Part shown: positions 1 to 53,300 of the stretch, piece after piece | Layout of the letters: each line of letters starts with the position of its first letter | Numbering within the stretch: position 1 is the stretch's first letter | Source: Felis catus | Lineage: Eukaryota | DNA length: 64,000 nucleotides | Reading direction: 5' to 3' | Assembly: GCF_018350175.1 (NCBI RefSeq) | Contig: NC_058368.1 | Location: 104,100,001-104,164,000, forward strand | Notes under the pieces: generated by a model | Databases searched by the model: none | Seen by the model: the letters and a program-made list of their open reading frames with translations, nothing else | Told to the model about the DNA's origin: nothing | Made by a program: the position numbers and the translations under genes

Positions 1-1586
1 AAATTATGGATTGGTTTCAAAAAAAGCTTTCAAAATTCATTTTACTTGGCTTCTACACCCAAGACGAGGGCTGCCAGTCACCCCAGCATGCTAGGAAATC
101 GGCCACCATGTCATGGCTTTAACAGATACACAGGAGGGTGGAGAGCCTCCTTAAATACCTAACAGAAATTATAAACGTAAAAAACGTTAAGTGAAAATAC
201 TGATACAGCTTGTAATTTAGAACATTTGTTTAAAAATAATATGCTGGAAAAACCCAAGATATAAGAAAATATTTCAATCAAAAAATCACCTTGCAGAATT
301 TTACAAAATAATAATGGCCTGTCAGTATATGATTCCTAAAAGTTTATCTCCCTACCTGCATGAGCCTGTTACTATTTCTTTTGTAATTTTAGGCACTATT
401 GATTTTCCACTGAAGAACATGAACCGTCCACCTCTTTAATGTACCCCCGACTTCTTCTGGCCAACAAGCTCTCAAGAGGTACACATCATCAGCATTTTGC
501 TTAATTAATACTCAAGGTTGACAACAGCATGCATTGGTGAACACCAGTCACAGCTACGCCATCGGACATATTACGAATACCTTTCCCACCCTGATAAATT
601 TATAACTGCCTGGTTTTCTCATTTGCTTATTACTTCTCTGGGTCATAACCCATTCTTTGCCAGTTGTCCAAATCTGTCCATACATCCTGATGCATCAAAT
701 TATCTACAAATGTTATCTTCTTGGAAGGCTTCCGCCCAGGTCCAAACTGGCAAGAGAGTACAGACTGCCAAGACGACAGGAGACCTTCAAGAGCCAACAC
801 GGACTCAACAGGAAACCTTGGGATGACCCGCTCCAAAGACTCAGCTTCCTGAGAGGAGGAGGCAGATTCTCAGCCACGAACGAGTGAACGTTCCTCAGGT
901 CACTACTACCACATGCTGCCACACACACTGTAGTCATTCTCCCAGAACAAATCCAAGGGCAAATGCATAAACATAATAGCTAAAGTCAATGGTCTAATGT
1001 TGCGTAAGAAACCCAGCACACTTTCAGTAGACATAGGCACAGCCCTTGGTGGGTACAGGTTCTACGGCAGGAGCAAAACCTAGGTCCACCCATGCACAGC
1101 TCTTTTGTGGGGACACAAGTGGACATGAGCAAGGCAAGCGGTAATGGCGATGAATAACCCTTAGTCGTTTCACACAAAGCAAGGCATTCCCCATGGATAT
1201 TGCGCTGTGCTCCTCGACGTGCACGAACATCAACACACTCCCTTCAAACACCACTCTTCCCCACACATGCTCGAGGGTAAGGTGAATCAATACTTACTAC
1301 AGAAACCTTTACTCACACTCGGCCTACCAAGAAGACTTCCTTTTTCTTCTCCATTCTGTGTTTTTCCAAATTCCTACTATAGCATCTACTAGTTTCTTCT
1401 AAATTATAATATAAAAATTTTTTTAAAGCATTAACTACTAGCAACATAAAAATTCACCCAATCTATCTGTTACTAAATATGGCTCATATTGTGACATCTG
1501 TATTTTTATTTGTTTAAAGATAAGTCTCTTGACTTAGTTGGGGCCTCAGGGCTAAGAGATTAGCCAAGCATATTCAAAATAATGCA

Positions 1587-1596
1587 TTTATTTATT
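1587..1596 (-). terminator. Probable ALDH7A1 polyadenylation signal (overlapping AATAAATAAA; another AATAAA at 1505-1510)
   Basis: TTTATTTATT on + strand about 90 nt past the stop codon. Confidence 0.6.
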
Positions 1597-1686
1597 CAGG
1601 GCAAATCTTAATTTTTCTTTGTCTTCAGAAGAAAGAGTTGCGAGAATGCCTGTGAGCTGTGATGTAACGCCAATTTACTGTCACCT

Positions 1687-41219
<39,533 letters not shown>

Positions 41220-41487
41220 AATGAGACCCGGACGCTCAGCGCGCCCGCGGCCCGGGGAGCGGCTGAAATAGCGCCCCGCCCCCCGCCCGGGGAAGCCTAT
41301 TGGGCAGAACGGGCCCCGCCCCTGGAGCTCGCCCCTGCAGCGCCGCCCGGCCGGCCTGGGTCTTCCGGGGACGCGCGGAGCTCGCGCCCGCCTAGAACGG
41401 AGCGCTTGCCACAGGGAGGAAGCGAGAAGGCAGGCTAGTGCCATCTGGTGAAAGACGCCGGGAACGCGACTTCAGCTAGAAATGCAA

Positions 41488-41710
41488 TTTTTTTTTTACA
41501 TTCATTTATTTTTGAGAGGCTGAGTGAGACAGAGCACAAGCGAGCGAGGGGCAGAGAGAGGAGACACAGAATCCGAAGCAGGGTTCCAGGCTCCGAGCAG
41601 AGCAAGCGTTCAGCACAGAGCCCCACGCGGGGCTCGAACCCACGAAGGGCGAAATTACGACCTGAGCCGAAGTGGGTCACCCAACCGACGCAGCCACCCA
41701 GGCTCCCCCC
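41488..41710 (-). mobile_element. CpG-rich CAN-SINE at the edge of the ALDH7A1 promoter, inserted in a MER5-like relic
   Basis: Antisense SINE body; GAAATGCA on both sides; MER5-like flank TTTCTAATTAGCTCCCAAGTGATG. Confidence 0.8.
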
Positions 41711-44188
41711 CCCCCCATTTCTTTTTTTTCTTTTTCTGTTGTTGTTGTTGTTTTGAAATGCACATTCTGATTCGCTGGCCCTGGGCTGGGGTCTGAAAGC
41801 CGCCGCCGTTTCTAATTAGCTCCCAAGTGATGGTGGCTCGGTTGTTTCCGGGAAGTAGCCAGAGGAGGTTTTTGATGGAGGGAGGCAGAGGGTTGTTTTC
41901 ACTGCTTTGTTAAATTACAAATTAAAGTTTTCTAATTAATGAAAAGTGTTAAATGATGACACTTCTTTCTAAATACCCTGCCAGTGTATATTCTTGCTTT
42001 TGAAGAACGAAGACAATTTTGATCAAGTCTCTCCATTCTCCATTTCTTCGATTTTCCTGCAGTAGCCTTTCCACTCACTCTCCACCTCCCCGGCGCTTAC
42101 CATCTCCCATCTTATTCCACAGTGACTGGGTCTACATTGTGTACGGAAAATACTAACTTCTCCAAGAGTTAAAAATAGGCATGCACTGTTGAATCAATTG
42201 AGTTAATACTTCCCTCAGTGATTCCCAACCTACCTTTTCAAAATATTACTTCTAACTGCAGGTGGCCTTCCACATTGCAGCCAGACATACTAAGTCCCTT
42301 TGTTTCTATACAAGCCTGTTTTCTTCCCACTGTGCTTTTGCCCTTACCATTCTCCCCACCTGTAAAACTCTTCCTTCCATTTCTGCATTCAAGATTGACC
42401 TTTATCTGTTCCAACCTGTGGCTCAAATAATTTCAAAAATCACTCTGTATGTATCAAACAACTACCAGAAACTACAATGTAAGTGCTGCATATACACAAA
42501 TGATGTTTCTGTTTGTAAATGTTACACTTGTACCTATTCAGGCAGGGATCATCTCTAACTGAGCCTTGCATGGCTGCACAATTCCCAGCATTGAACAGGC
42601 TCACGTGCGCTTACATGAATGAATGAACAAATGAATCCCTGAATACACGGTAGGAGTAGTAGGCATGGATACTTTGTCCAGCACTGGTAATCTATCAACA
42701 GCCCAGCTACTATCTTCATCTACCCCTAGGACTGAAGCACTAATTTCCTTCATTCTAACTCTGATTTTTTTCCTCAGTCATTTTAACCGAGAATTTAATT
42801 CTCCTCACTTTCTGGCTGAGATAGTAAGATTCCTTATACATGTATCCCAACACCCCAGTCTTCCTTTTCTTCTCCTCTATTTAATTCACAAGACATTCAC
42901 AGATGTACTAAATTTTAAATTTTGTTTAATGTTCATTTATTTTTTTTTTAATTTTTTTTCAACGTTTTTTATTTATTTTTGGGACAGAGAGAGACAGAGC
43001 ATGAGCAGGCGAGGGGCAGAGAGAGGAGGAGACAGAATCTGAAGCAGGCTCCAGACTCCGAGCTGTCAACACAGAGCCTGACGCGGGACTTGAACTCACA
43101 AACCGCGAGATCATGACCTGAGTTGAAGTCGGACGCTTAACTGCCTGAGCCACCCAGGCGCTCCCAGATGTACTAAATTTTAGGAGAAATACGTAATGCC
43201 TCTCAAGGAATGTCAGATTCTTTCTGTCCACTATGTCAAGTAGAGAAGTTCCTGTCTCTCTAAACCAGTTCTAGGAAAAGAGACACCAGTAACTGCCTAC
43301 GTTGAAAACAGAGATTGCATCTCTCTCTTTTGCATCCATTTTTCAAAACTGACTTAGCCCTGCCCAATAGGAGGTCAGGAAAAATTATAAGCAATGAATT
43401 TTGATGGGGCAGAACAGGAAGAGACAATTAAATGAATCATAAGAGTACATTTCATATATGAAAGAGAATGAAATGAATCACATATGCAAGCATATATAAA
43501 AACTGCAAAGCCCTACAGAAATGTAAATGTACAGACTGAACTCAGGACACCTTGAAAGCATTCTGTAGTAGAAGTGGCCATCTGCAAATAGCCAATCCTG
43601 CTTTCCAAATATCTTTTTGAAAGGCATTGTAGGATGGTGATTAAAACAAGGACTCTGGAGTCACATGAACAGTGCTTATGATGTCCTCAGTGAATGCTAG
43701 AAGTCTTCGTTCCTCAAGGAGAGCTAGCCAGGAGGCAGAGGGATGTGACCTGAACATGAATGCTTGCCCCAAGGCAGCGATAAATTAGAGAAATCACCAC
43801 CACTTGGGATACAATTTCAGTTTTGCAAACTCAAAACCTGATTTGTCAGAGCATTGGTGAGTGACACCGTTGCTCTGGGCAAACTCATTAATCAAGCTCA
43901 CAAAGAAATGATACTCCAACTAGAAAGCTGGCATATTATTTTTTGGGAAAATTATCTTCAGAAAGGACCAACAATTCACATCCTGTGATCACTGCATTCT
44001 CTCCCAGGATACAAAACCTATTTATTTAACAAGCCCAGAATCAGAAGAATTATTGATTAGCAATATGACGCCAGCATTTAATGGCATCAGGCTAAGATAG
44101 TTTCCCCAGTGTCCAAATTAAATGATAGATTCAGTGCAGTCCCAATCACAATACCACATTTGGCTAGCAGATTTAAAGTTTAAATGGA

Positions 44189-44426
44189 GGGGCGCCTGGG
44201 TGGCTCGGTCAGTTAAGCGTCCGACTTCAGCTCAGGTCACGATCTCACGGTCCATGAGTTTGAGCCCCGCGTCGGGCTCTGTGCTGACAGCTCAGAGCCT
44301 GGAGCCTGTTTCGGATTCTGTGTCTCCCTCTCTCTCTGCTCCTCCCCTGTTCATGCTCTGTCTCTCTCTGTCTCAAAAATAAATAAACGTTAAAAAAAAA
44401 ATTAAAAAAAAAAGAAAAAAATAAAT
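44189..44426 (+). mobile_element. Felid CAN-SINE with 14-bp TSD
   Basis: AAAGTTTAAATGGA at 44175-44188 and 44427-44440. Confidence 0.95.
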
Positions 44427-44464
44427 AAAGTTTAAATGGAAAGGATTGAACAAGCCTGGGGAAA

Positions 44465-44850
44465 ATGAACAAATTTACATTACCTAATTCTAACAATTAT
44501 TATACAGTTGTACAATTATTATAAACCTAAGTAGTCAAGACAGTGTCACGTTGGTATAAAGATAGACATCAAGGTTAATGGAACAGAATACAGAACCCAG
44601 AAATAGACTCTCATATATATAGTCAATTTTCAATGAAGGTGTCAAGGAAATTCAATGGGGAAAGGATAGTCTTTTCAACAAAAGGTGTTATATTAATTAG
44701 ATATTCACATGCCAAAAAAGAAAAAAAAAAACGAACCTTGACTTTCACTTCATATCATATACCATACTTAACCCCAAAAGGGCCAGGGACCTAAAAGTAA
44801 GAATGAGAACTGTAAAACTTCTAGAGGAAAACAATGGAGAAAATCTTTAG
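44465..44850 (+). mobile_element. Old L1 ORF2 fragment
   Basis: AATGGAACAGAATACAGAACCCAGAAATAGAC...CAATGGGGAAAGGATAGTCTTTTCAACAAA. Confidence 0.85.
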
Positions 44851-46559
44851 AAAGGGACCTATTCTATGCATTTTATGATATTTAGCTGCATCTCATACTA
44901 CATAGGAAGATGTTAATTCTAGCATGAAATTTGACTCCTACCTCACACCATACACAAGCAATTCCAGGGGGATTGTAATTTTAGGTAGGAAAGATAAAGC
45001 CATAAAGTTGTCTAAGAGTTAAGAGACCTGGAGTGAAGACTCAGCTCTTATATAGCATGGCTGCAATCTCTTTTCATTGTCAAAATAAGGAATTGGACCA
45101 GGTGATTTCCAACTTCCTTTATAGGTTTAAAAAAAATTTTTTTAATGCTTATTTATTTTTGAGAGAGACAGAGACAGAATGCGAGTGGGTTAAGGGCAGA
45201 GAGAGAGGGAGACACAGAATCCAAAGCAGGCTCCAGGCTCTGAGCCATCCGCACAGAGCCCGATGTGGGCCTTGAGCTCATAGAGCTGTGAGATCATGAC
45301 CTGAGCCGAAGTCAAACGCTCAACTGGCTGAGCCACCCAGGCACCCTGCTTTATAGGTTTTAAATTCACATTTCACAAATTTACATTCATTCCATTCCTT
45401 ACAGTCTAGAAATTTATTCCAAGGAAATAATAAAACAAGTTTATAAAAGTATGTGTTAAATGCAAAATTGGCTACAGCCTAAACGGGTACCATCAGAGAC
45501 TAAATAAATGATGGTATCTCCAAGCAAGGGAATACTAGGTAGACATTAAAAAGTATCCAGGATAAATTCCTGTATTTTCTTTTTTTAGTTTTTAAAAAAT
45601 TGTTTAAGTTTATTTATGGGGGGGGGGGGGTGTAGAGGGGCAGAGAAAGAGGGAGAGTGAGAATCTGAAGTAGGCTCCATGCTGTCAGCACTGAGCTGTA
45701 TATGGGGCTCAATCTTAACCAACTGGGAGATCATGACCTGATCCAAAATCAAGAGTAAGAGGCTTAACCCACTGGGCCACACAAGTGCTCCTAAATTTTG
45801 AAAAGCTTTTTTAAAAGTACAATCTACCCCCTAACATGAAGTTGGAACTCACAATGCCAAGATCTAGAGTAGCATGCTTCAGTGTGGGGAGTGGCTCAGT
45901 CTGTTCAGCGACCACTTAAGGGTTGAGATCATGATCTCACAGCTGGTGGGTTCTAGATCGGCCCTACCAGTTGGGGAAGTGAACACTGGAGAGAAACAAC
46001 AGTAAATAAAACAGACATTCCGGGGGGGCGGGGGGGGGGGGAGAGAAGAAAACAAAATGAAAACAAATACACATGGCTATTGATGTCATGAAGAAAAACA
46101 AACGTTTGTTCAAGAGTGAGAGCAGAGGATCTTGTTTTAGTTAAGGTGTTTGAAGGTGGCCTCCCTGAGAAGGCAGCATTTAATCAGAAAACCGAACCAT
46201 GTAAGAGAACAACCTGCGCAAAGAATGGAAGTAAGGGTCCGCAAGGCAGAGGCCACAGCAACTGCAATTGCCTTGAACCGTGAACAACAAAGGATGCTTG
46301 AGGGACAGTGTGCACCGAGCCCAGTGCGCTTGGAGAGCTACCTCACGCGCTGTCTGAAAGTCTCCCCAAGAAGCTACGAGAAGAGTGGATTGAGCAGGAG
46401 CAAGAATGGAAGCAAGAAGCCTTGCGTGGAGCATCCTGGTGAGGGATGTGAGGCCAAGGTAGGAATCCCCGACGGCCGCTGTCCATGCACAACCTTATGT
46501 TTGCACGAAAACAAAGTTTGAGAGAAAACGTGCCAAACTGTTGGGGAAACAGGAGATGG

Positions 46560-47300
46560 ATTTTCCACGGCGCGGCGCTAGTGGTGCACAGTTTGCAATG
46601 ATTGTGCATATCCGCCGGCGTTGACCCAGGTATCCGGAGTAGGCCGCGCGCAAGGTCAAAACGGGAGCCGGCCCCTCGCGGGGGCGCCCGAGCAGCCGCC
46701 GCCGTCTGGACCTTCCCGCCGCCCCGCCGGAAGTGCTCTCCTGACCCGCCGCGCCACGCCGCGGGAAGATGGCGCAGGACGCCGGCGACATGGAAGATGG
46801 GCAGCTTTCGGACTCGGATTCCGACATGACGGTCGCACCCAGCGACAGGCCGCTGCAGGTGCCGGTGAGTGTGAAAGGCGGGCGGGTAATTCGGAACCGG
46901 GAGCGCGCAGCCCGGGCTGCGAGGAGGCACGGGCGGCGGTGTGGGTGAGGGGCGGGCGCGCGGAGCCGGGACTGCACAAGGGACGCGCGGCGGTGTGGCT
47001 GAGCGTCGGGCGGGCGTCCCCGGCCCGGCACGCGGGCCCTGGCGGCGGGGAGAGGCGCTGGGCGGGGACGCGACAGCGGGCCGTCCGAACCCTGGCGCGG
47101 CATTTCGTTGCCAGGCGGGATCGCGTGGCTTTCGGCCTCCTGGAGACTGGCGTGCGGCGGTCGCTTCGCCTGCCCTGCGGTGCTCTGGGTTTCCCGAATT
47201 TGCGGAGTTTGCCTGCCGCGGCGCGAGTAGGTTGTCTCGGCCCGGCAGATGTTGCCGAAAATGTATGAGCTGGGGACAGCGGCCAGAAACAGCCTGTGGC
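46560..47300 (+). promoter_or_regulatory. PHAX CpG-island promoter; ETS/GABPA site CCGGAAGTG (46727-46735), YY1-type AAGATGGCG at the start codon, CAAGGTCA (46651-46658)
   Basis: Very CpG-rich with no TATA box; motifs read directly and typical of housekeeping promoters. Confidence 0.8.
46769..46864 (+). CDS. PHAX: PHAX exon 1 coding part
   Basis: MAQDAGDMEDGQLSDSDSDMTVAPSDRPLQVP; strong Kozak AAGATGG; GTGAGT donor. Confidence 0.97.
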
Positions 47301-50300
47301 ACTCCTTTTCGCCTTGGGCAAGTAAGGAGACTGAGGGCCGGTAATGAAATTCATCGTATGCACAGGGGCCTGGTTTTCCATAGTCCCAACCGACGCCGCT
47401 TCGCCGTGCAATAATGTGACACCCGGTTTTGTGTGAACCTCCCCGTTTTTTAAATGGGAGTGTATTTTGATTGCCTGCTAAGTAGCTCACTTTGAGCGAG
47501 CTTTGTGCTAGGCTGCTTGCCTTCGAAAACTGGCGCCTCTACTGTGTGACCAGTGCCAAGGTATTTAGCCTCGTGCCCCAATTTGTGTAATGGGAATGAT
47601 AAGAATACGCCGCTGATAGGGTATTTGTTAGGGATTTAGTGAGTCATACAGTGCACAGCAATGCCTGACGAATCTTAGATGCCTTAGTTAACTTGAAAAA
47701 GGGAAAACTGGCTCCCCTTCCTGCCTGCCATTTCTGGCACATACTTGTGTTTAGTACAAAGTTGTTCCCTTTTGAATGATGTCTTAGGAAATTGATACAA
47801 AGGTTTCAGTTTTGGTTTTCAGTCTTTTCCAAGTTGTTTTACATAGATTGACCCATGACTCGGTAAGCTTAATAGCGTGAACTGTGCAGTTTTAGAAGTA
47901 GTCAGGGCTTCCTATGTGTAGGAGTTTACTATCCAATATCAAAAGAATATGGTCACAAAACCCTACAAAGGAAGTTGATTTGTCTAAGCGCAAGAACGGC
48001 GTGTTTTGAAACAAAGAAAAATTGTCATAACTGTGTTCACCCTAAAATAAAACTTGCCAATTATTTTACCAGCAAAAATGGGATTTACTCTGAAACAGCA
48101 GAGAATCACAACTCTGACCAAGCGTTGCTAGGGCAAAACCGTAGGCAAGTGGGAATAAAGAAGAGGACTGCTCCTCTTTATAGGGGAGGGGGGAGAGTTG
48201 GGAGGGAATAAGCTGGGAGTTTAAAGTATAGTGGCTTTTCATTGGTTGAGTTGGGACAGTCTCTCAGTGGCTGGGCTGTTGCCAGGGTACAAGAAAAGCT
48301 TCCGCTTGCTGGGTTAGTAAGGTATAGGCATCTTTCTGTGTTAGGTGCAAGTTATGGTCTTTTCCTGATGATAGGGCAGGAGAACTCCCTCTTCTAGCCT
48401 GCTGACCCTCGTTTAGTGAGGTTTCCTTTTATTAATTTTCACAACTGGTACTAAAAATTATGGCGTATGTCATTTTCGAACATTCTGACGATAAATGAAA
48501 ATAGTGAAAATCTTCCAAGGTGGCAATTAAGAGCTTCGGTAAGTTTTTAGAAAAAAGCCTTAGAACTAAGTGCTGTATTAGCTTTACAAATAAGAATTTG
48601 TGGTTTTAAAATAGGAAGATTCCGTGTAGAACTTTAGAAAAGTAGGGACTGGATCGGTTTCAGAGATTCATTGAGGATTGTTCTGCTTCACGGTGGTCCC
48701 GCTGAATCCCAAAATAACTTGTTTAAAACTGGGGCGTGCTGGGTGCAGCTGATGTGTTTCCTGCGAATTGATTGCATTTCTTTTCACTTGCAGAAGACAC
48801 TGGGTGGGGACAGCATAGTGAGGCCCTTCCAGGGTACTGCAACGCCTTGTGCACCAGTGTCACATTATCGGACTGTTAAAAGTGTGGATTCCAGTGAGGA
48901 GAGTTTCTCTGATTCCGATGATGATAGCTCCCTTTGGAAACGCAAGCGACAGAAATGTTTTAATCCTCCTCCCAAGCCAGAGCCTTTTCAGTTTGGCCAG
49001 AGCAGCCAGAAACTACCTGTTCCTGGAGGAAAGAAGGTTAACAACATATGGGGTGCTGTGCTACAAGAACAGAATCAAGATGCAGTGGCCACTGAACTTG
49101 GTATCTTGGGAATGGAGGGTACTATTGACAAAAGCAGACAGTCCGAAACTTACAATTATTTGCTTGCGAAGAAACTTAAGAGAGAATCTCAAGAACATAC
49201 AAAAGAATTAGACAAAGAGCTAGATGACTATATGCACGGTGGCAAAAGAATGGAATCAAAGGAAGAGGAAAACGGGCAAGGTCATCTCAAACGAAAACGA
49301 CCTGTCAGAGACCGACTAGGGGACAGACTAGAAATGAACTATAAAGGCCGGTATGAGATCACAGAGGATGATTCGCAAGAGAAAGTAGCTGATGAAATTT
49401 CTTTCAGGTGAGCATTAAAATTTGGCCTACAAATGAGTGCTTGGCCAACAATCTTCCGTTTATTGGAAATGAATCTAGGTACATTAAGAATGTTTCTTTT
49501 TAAGGTTGAAATTTTTTTTTTTAATTTATTTTGAGAGCATGCGTGCACGCGTGTGTGTGTGTGTGAGAGTGTGAGTGAGTGAGCAGGGGAGGGGCAGAGA
49601 GAGGGAGAGGGTGGATCCCAAGCAGGCTCCGTGCTGTCAGTGCCCCATGCCAGGCTCCATTCCAGGAACTGTGAGAGTGTGACCTGAGCTGAAACCAAGA
49701 GTTCAGTGCTTAACCGACTGAGCCACCAAGGTGCCCCTCTTTTGAGATTCTTAAATTTGAAGGATGGACTCTGGGCTTACTTGGTTATAGGACTATATCT
49801 GTGTTTCCTTAAATTTGGACAGGCCTGATAAAATAATTTTGCAAGCTTTTAGGAACTTTTAGCAGCTCTTCCCATTTAGTGCTTTTTAAAAGCTTATGTT
49901 TTCAAATTGTGGGGTTTTGTTTTGTTCTTTAGCGTTTTTGTTTTGTTTTGTTTTTTAGTTTTTTGTAATGTTTATTCCTTTTTGAGAGACAAAGAGTGAG
50001 TAAGGGAGGGGCAGAGAGAGAGGGAGACACAGAACCCCACAGGTTCCAGGCTCCGTGTTGTCAGTACAGAGCCCAACATGGGGCTCAAACCCACAAACCG
50101 TAATACCATGACCTGAGCCGAAGTCGAACACTTAACTGAGTCACTCAGGCACTCCTGTTCTTTAGTGTTTTCAAATACTCATCACCTTTCTTGTATAATT
50201 TCATTGAGGCATATTGTACACATGATAAAATTCACCCATTTTTGGTGTTGATTTTTTAGCACATTTATCAGTTTTACAACAATAACCATAAACCACTTTT

Positions 50301-53300
50301 AAAACATTTCCATCGCCCCAATAAGATCCATCATACCCATATGCCCATTTAAGCTATTCTTTGTTCCTATCCCAAATAACTAACTGCCAGTCTACTTTCT
50401 GTTGGCATAAGTTTGAATTTTCTGGACATTTCATATTGTTGGAATCATACAGTGTGTATTCTCTTGTGCTGGATTTATTTCACTTAATGTAATATTTTTG
50501 AGATTGTCCATGTAGCAGGAATCAACACTTTTTTAATTTATATACATATACAAATCTCCATATTGAATTGCTGTTCCAATTCTTGGCTATTATGAATAAT
50601 GCTCTATGAGCTTTGACATACAGATATTTGGAAACATTTTAATTTCTGTCGGGTAAATGCCTAGAATAGAATTTCTTGGTGTGTAGTAAATTGATATTTC
50701 ATTTTTTTAACAAGCTCAAATTTTGTTTAGCTTTTTATTAGCTCTAAGTTGTTAATGAATAATGTCACTTGAAAACAGATATGGTTCAAGAGTAATATTG
50801 GTGGTAGGAAAACAAGTATTTACCTTCCAGGCAAGCCTGTCAATGTTAGTACTGGATTTTTAACCTGCAGAGAAAGTTTGGAAACCAAAGTTTATAAACC
50901 AAAGTTTATAAACCAAAGACATACTTTACAGATCAGGACACTGAGACCCAGTAGTTCATATGACTTCTCAAAGTCACAGTTGTGTCAGAGTCGGAACTAA
51001 ACCTTGGTCCCTTTGTTCCTAGTCTAGTGCTCTTTCCATAATACAGTGCCTCTTGTTGAGAAGGAGCAAGGAAGCCAGGTCTGGTTAGAGAACTGGTAAA
51101 ACTCCCATATTAATCCTTTATCTCTCTGGAGTATTGGACTCTGTCGTTAGAAGTGTTACTTAGGCTTCCTCTCTTTTTTACCTCTCCGTAGTAGGATGAG
51201 GATAAGTACTTGTTTCATAAGGTTGTTGACACAATTAGCTGGGATAACGCCTACAAAATTTTTAGGATTGTGCGCATCCCATAGTAAGTCAGTAAATATT
51301 AGCCATAGCCTTTGTTCTGAGGCAGAGAGACTAAGAGGAAGGTGCTATCCATTTTAAAGCTCCCAGACATCTCTGGGACTTTTAGGCATAATAATTGAAA
51401 GCATAGTGTATGTTTTTTAATTGTTTTGAAAAGAATGGACTTACCTTCTTTTGCTTTTAGGCTTGCATTCCCTTTGCTGGATGGGCACATTTATTTTGAA
51501 ACCACCATAATCCATGAAGGCAAAATGAGGAGGCGAGTTATGAGACTTGAGGTGGAACCTTGAGGTTACTGTCTTCTTGGGTGACCCAAGGTAGCAGCGT
51601 TTCCCTATCAGTGATTCTCAGGTTAAATATTGAATATTTCAAAACACAGATGTTAGCAGAATAGGATTTTGATCCTACTTGGGCACTAACCCAGGAGACT
51701 AAGGTAGATTTCTTCAACTTTGTACAACAAATAAAGAAGTTAATATTGCTCTGTTTGTTCCTTATCAGGTTGCAGGAACCAAAGAAAGATCTGATAGCAC
51801 GAGTAGTGAGGATAATTGGGAACAAAAAGGCAATTGAACTTCTGATGGAAACAGCTGAAGTTGAACAAAACGGCGGCCTTTTCATAATGGTAAGACTAAC
51901 TACTTTGTTGTTTCCATTTTATATTGTGTTTCGTGTGATTATTTTACAAAATAAACTTATCTCTGATTCTTGGATCTCTTACTTACCAATTTATTGCCGT
52001 GTGTTTCAGATTTTAAAAAACTGAATTTAAAAATTCCGTATCGTTGGTTTTTGCATTTATTACTTTTCTTACAAAAACCATCCATAAATTGTATCCTGTT
52101 AGTGAGTGGTCAACAACACATCTCTTACAGGGTTTGTTGAAAGTAGGGGCTAACATTTTTTTTTTTTAATGTTTTTTTTTTTAAGTTTATTTATTTATTT
52201 ATTTTCAACATTTATTTATTTTTGGGACAGAGAGACACAGAGCATGAACGGGGGAGGGGCAGAGAGAGAGGGAGACACAGAATCGGAAACAGGCTCCAGG
52301 CTCTGAGCCATCAGCCCAGAGCCCGACACGTGGCTCGAACTCACGGACCGCGAGATCGTGACCTGGCTGAAGTTGGACGTTTAACCGACTGCGCCACCCA
52401 GGCGCCCTAAGTTTATTTATTTTGAGAGAGAGCACAAGTAGGGGAGAAACACAAACAGGGAGAGAGAGAATCCCAAGCAGGCTCTGCACTGTCAGCACAG
52501 AGCCCGACGCAGGGCTCAAACCCACGAACCGTGAGATCATGACCTGAGCCGAAGTTGAACACTCAACCAACTGAGCCACCCAGGCGCCCCTTTAATGTTT
52601 ATTCATTTTTGAGAGACTGAGAGAGACAGAGTGCGAGCACGGGAGAGGCAGAGAGAAAAGGAGACACAGAATCTGAAGCAGGCTGCAGGCTCTGAGCTGT
52701 CAGCCCGGACACCGTACCCACGAACGGTGAGATCATGACCTGAGCCAAAGTCTGACACTTAACTAACTGAGCCACCCAGGTGCCCCCGATATGGTATTCC
52801 TATTTTTAATTTTTTGAGGGACCTCCATGCTGGTTTTTATAGTGGCTGCACCAATTTACATTCCCACCGACAGCGTACAAAAATTCCCCTTTCCCCGCAT
52901 TGTCACCAGCAGTTGTTATTTCTTATCTTTTTGATACTAGCCATTCTGACAGGTATGAAGTGAGAAACACTACCATTTGAGAATGACCAGAAAGACCACT
53001 ATTTTTGCTTAGGCCAGATCACACGCAGTGGCAGTTTATCCTATATAATGGTTTTGGAGATAACGTTTAATTCAGCTTTCACACTGGGAGAGGATGAAGT
53101 CTGAATGGCTTCTTTCTTATTTGCTCTTCATGAATTTGAAAAGTAACATCACGTGAAAGTGAGTCAATATTACTTTAGAAATAGGAAAGAAACCCATTAG
53201 AATAGATAGCAGTGGCTAAGGAAATACCCTGTGAGCACAGATTATAGAAGTTAACAACAAGACAAGTTATAATAGTCACGAAGAGCGCTTGGGTCGTTCA

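Noticed and set aside
518..1392. Cluster of overlapping short ORFs downstream of ALDH7A1
   Set aside because: No recognisable homology or splice structure; lengths are as expected by chance.
46565..46584. CTCF-like CCACGGCGCGGCGCTA upstream of PHAX
   Set aside because: It mismatches the core AG positions and such words are expected by chance in a CpG island.
46343..47490. Long ORFs (331, 319, 251 aa on -, 215 and 157 aa on +) over PHAX exon 1
   Set aside because: They overlap a GC-rich CpG island where stop codons are scarce. The products are low-complexity Ala/Arg/Pro/Gly sequences with no recognisable domain.
48671..48793. N-terminal part of the 246-aa ORF preceding PHAX exon 2
   Set aside because: This is intron sequence upstream of the polypyrimidine tract and CAG acceptor; PHAX homology starts at 48794.
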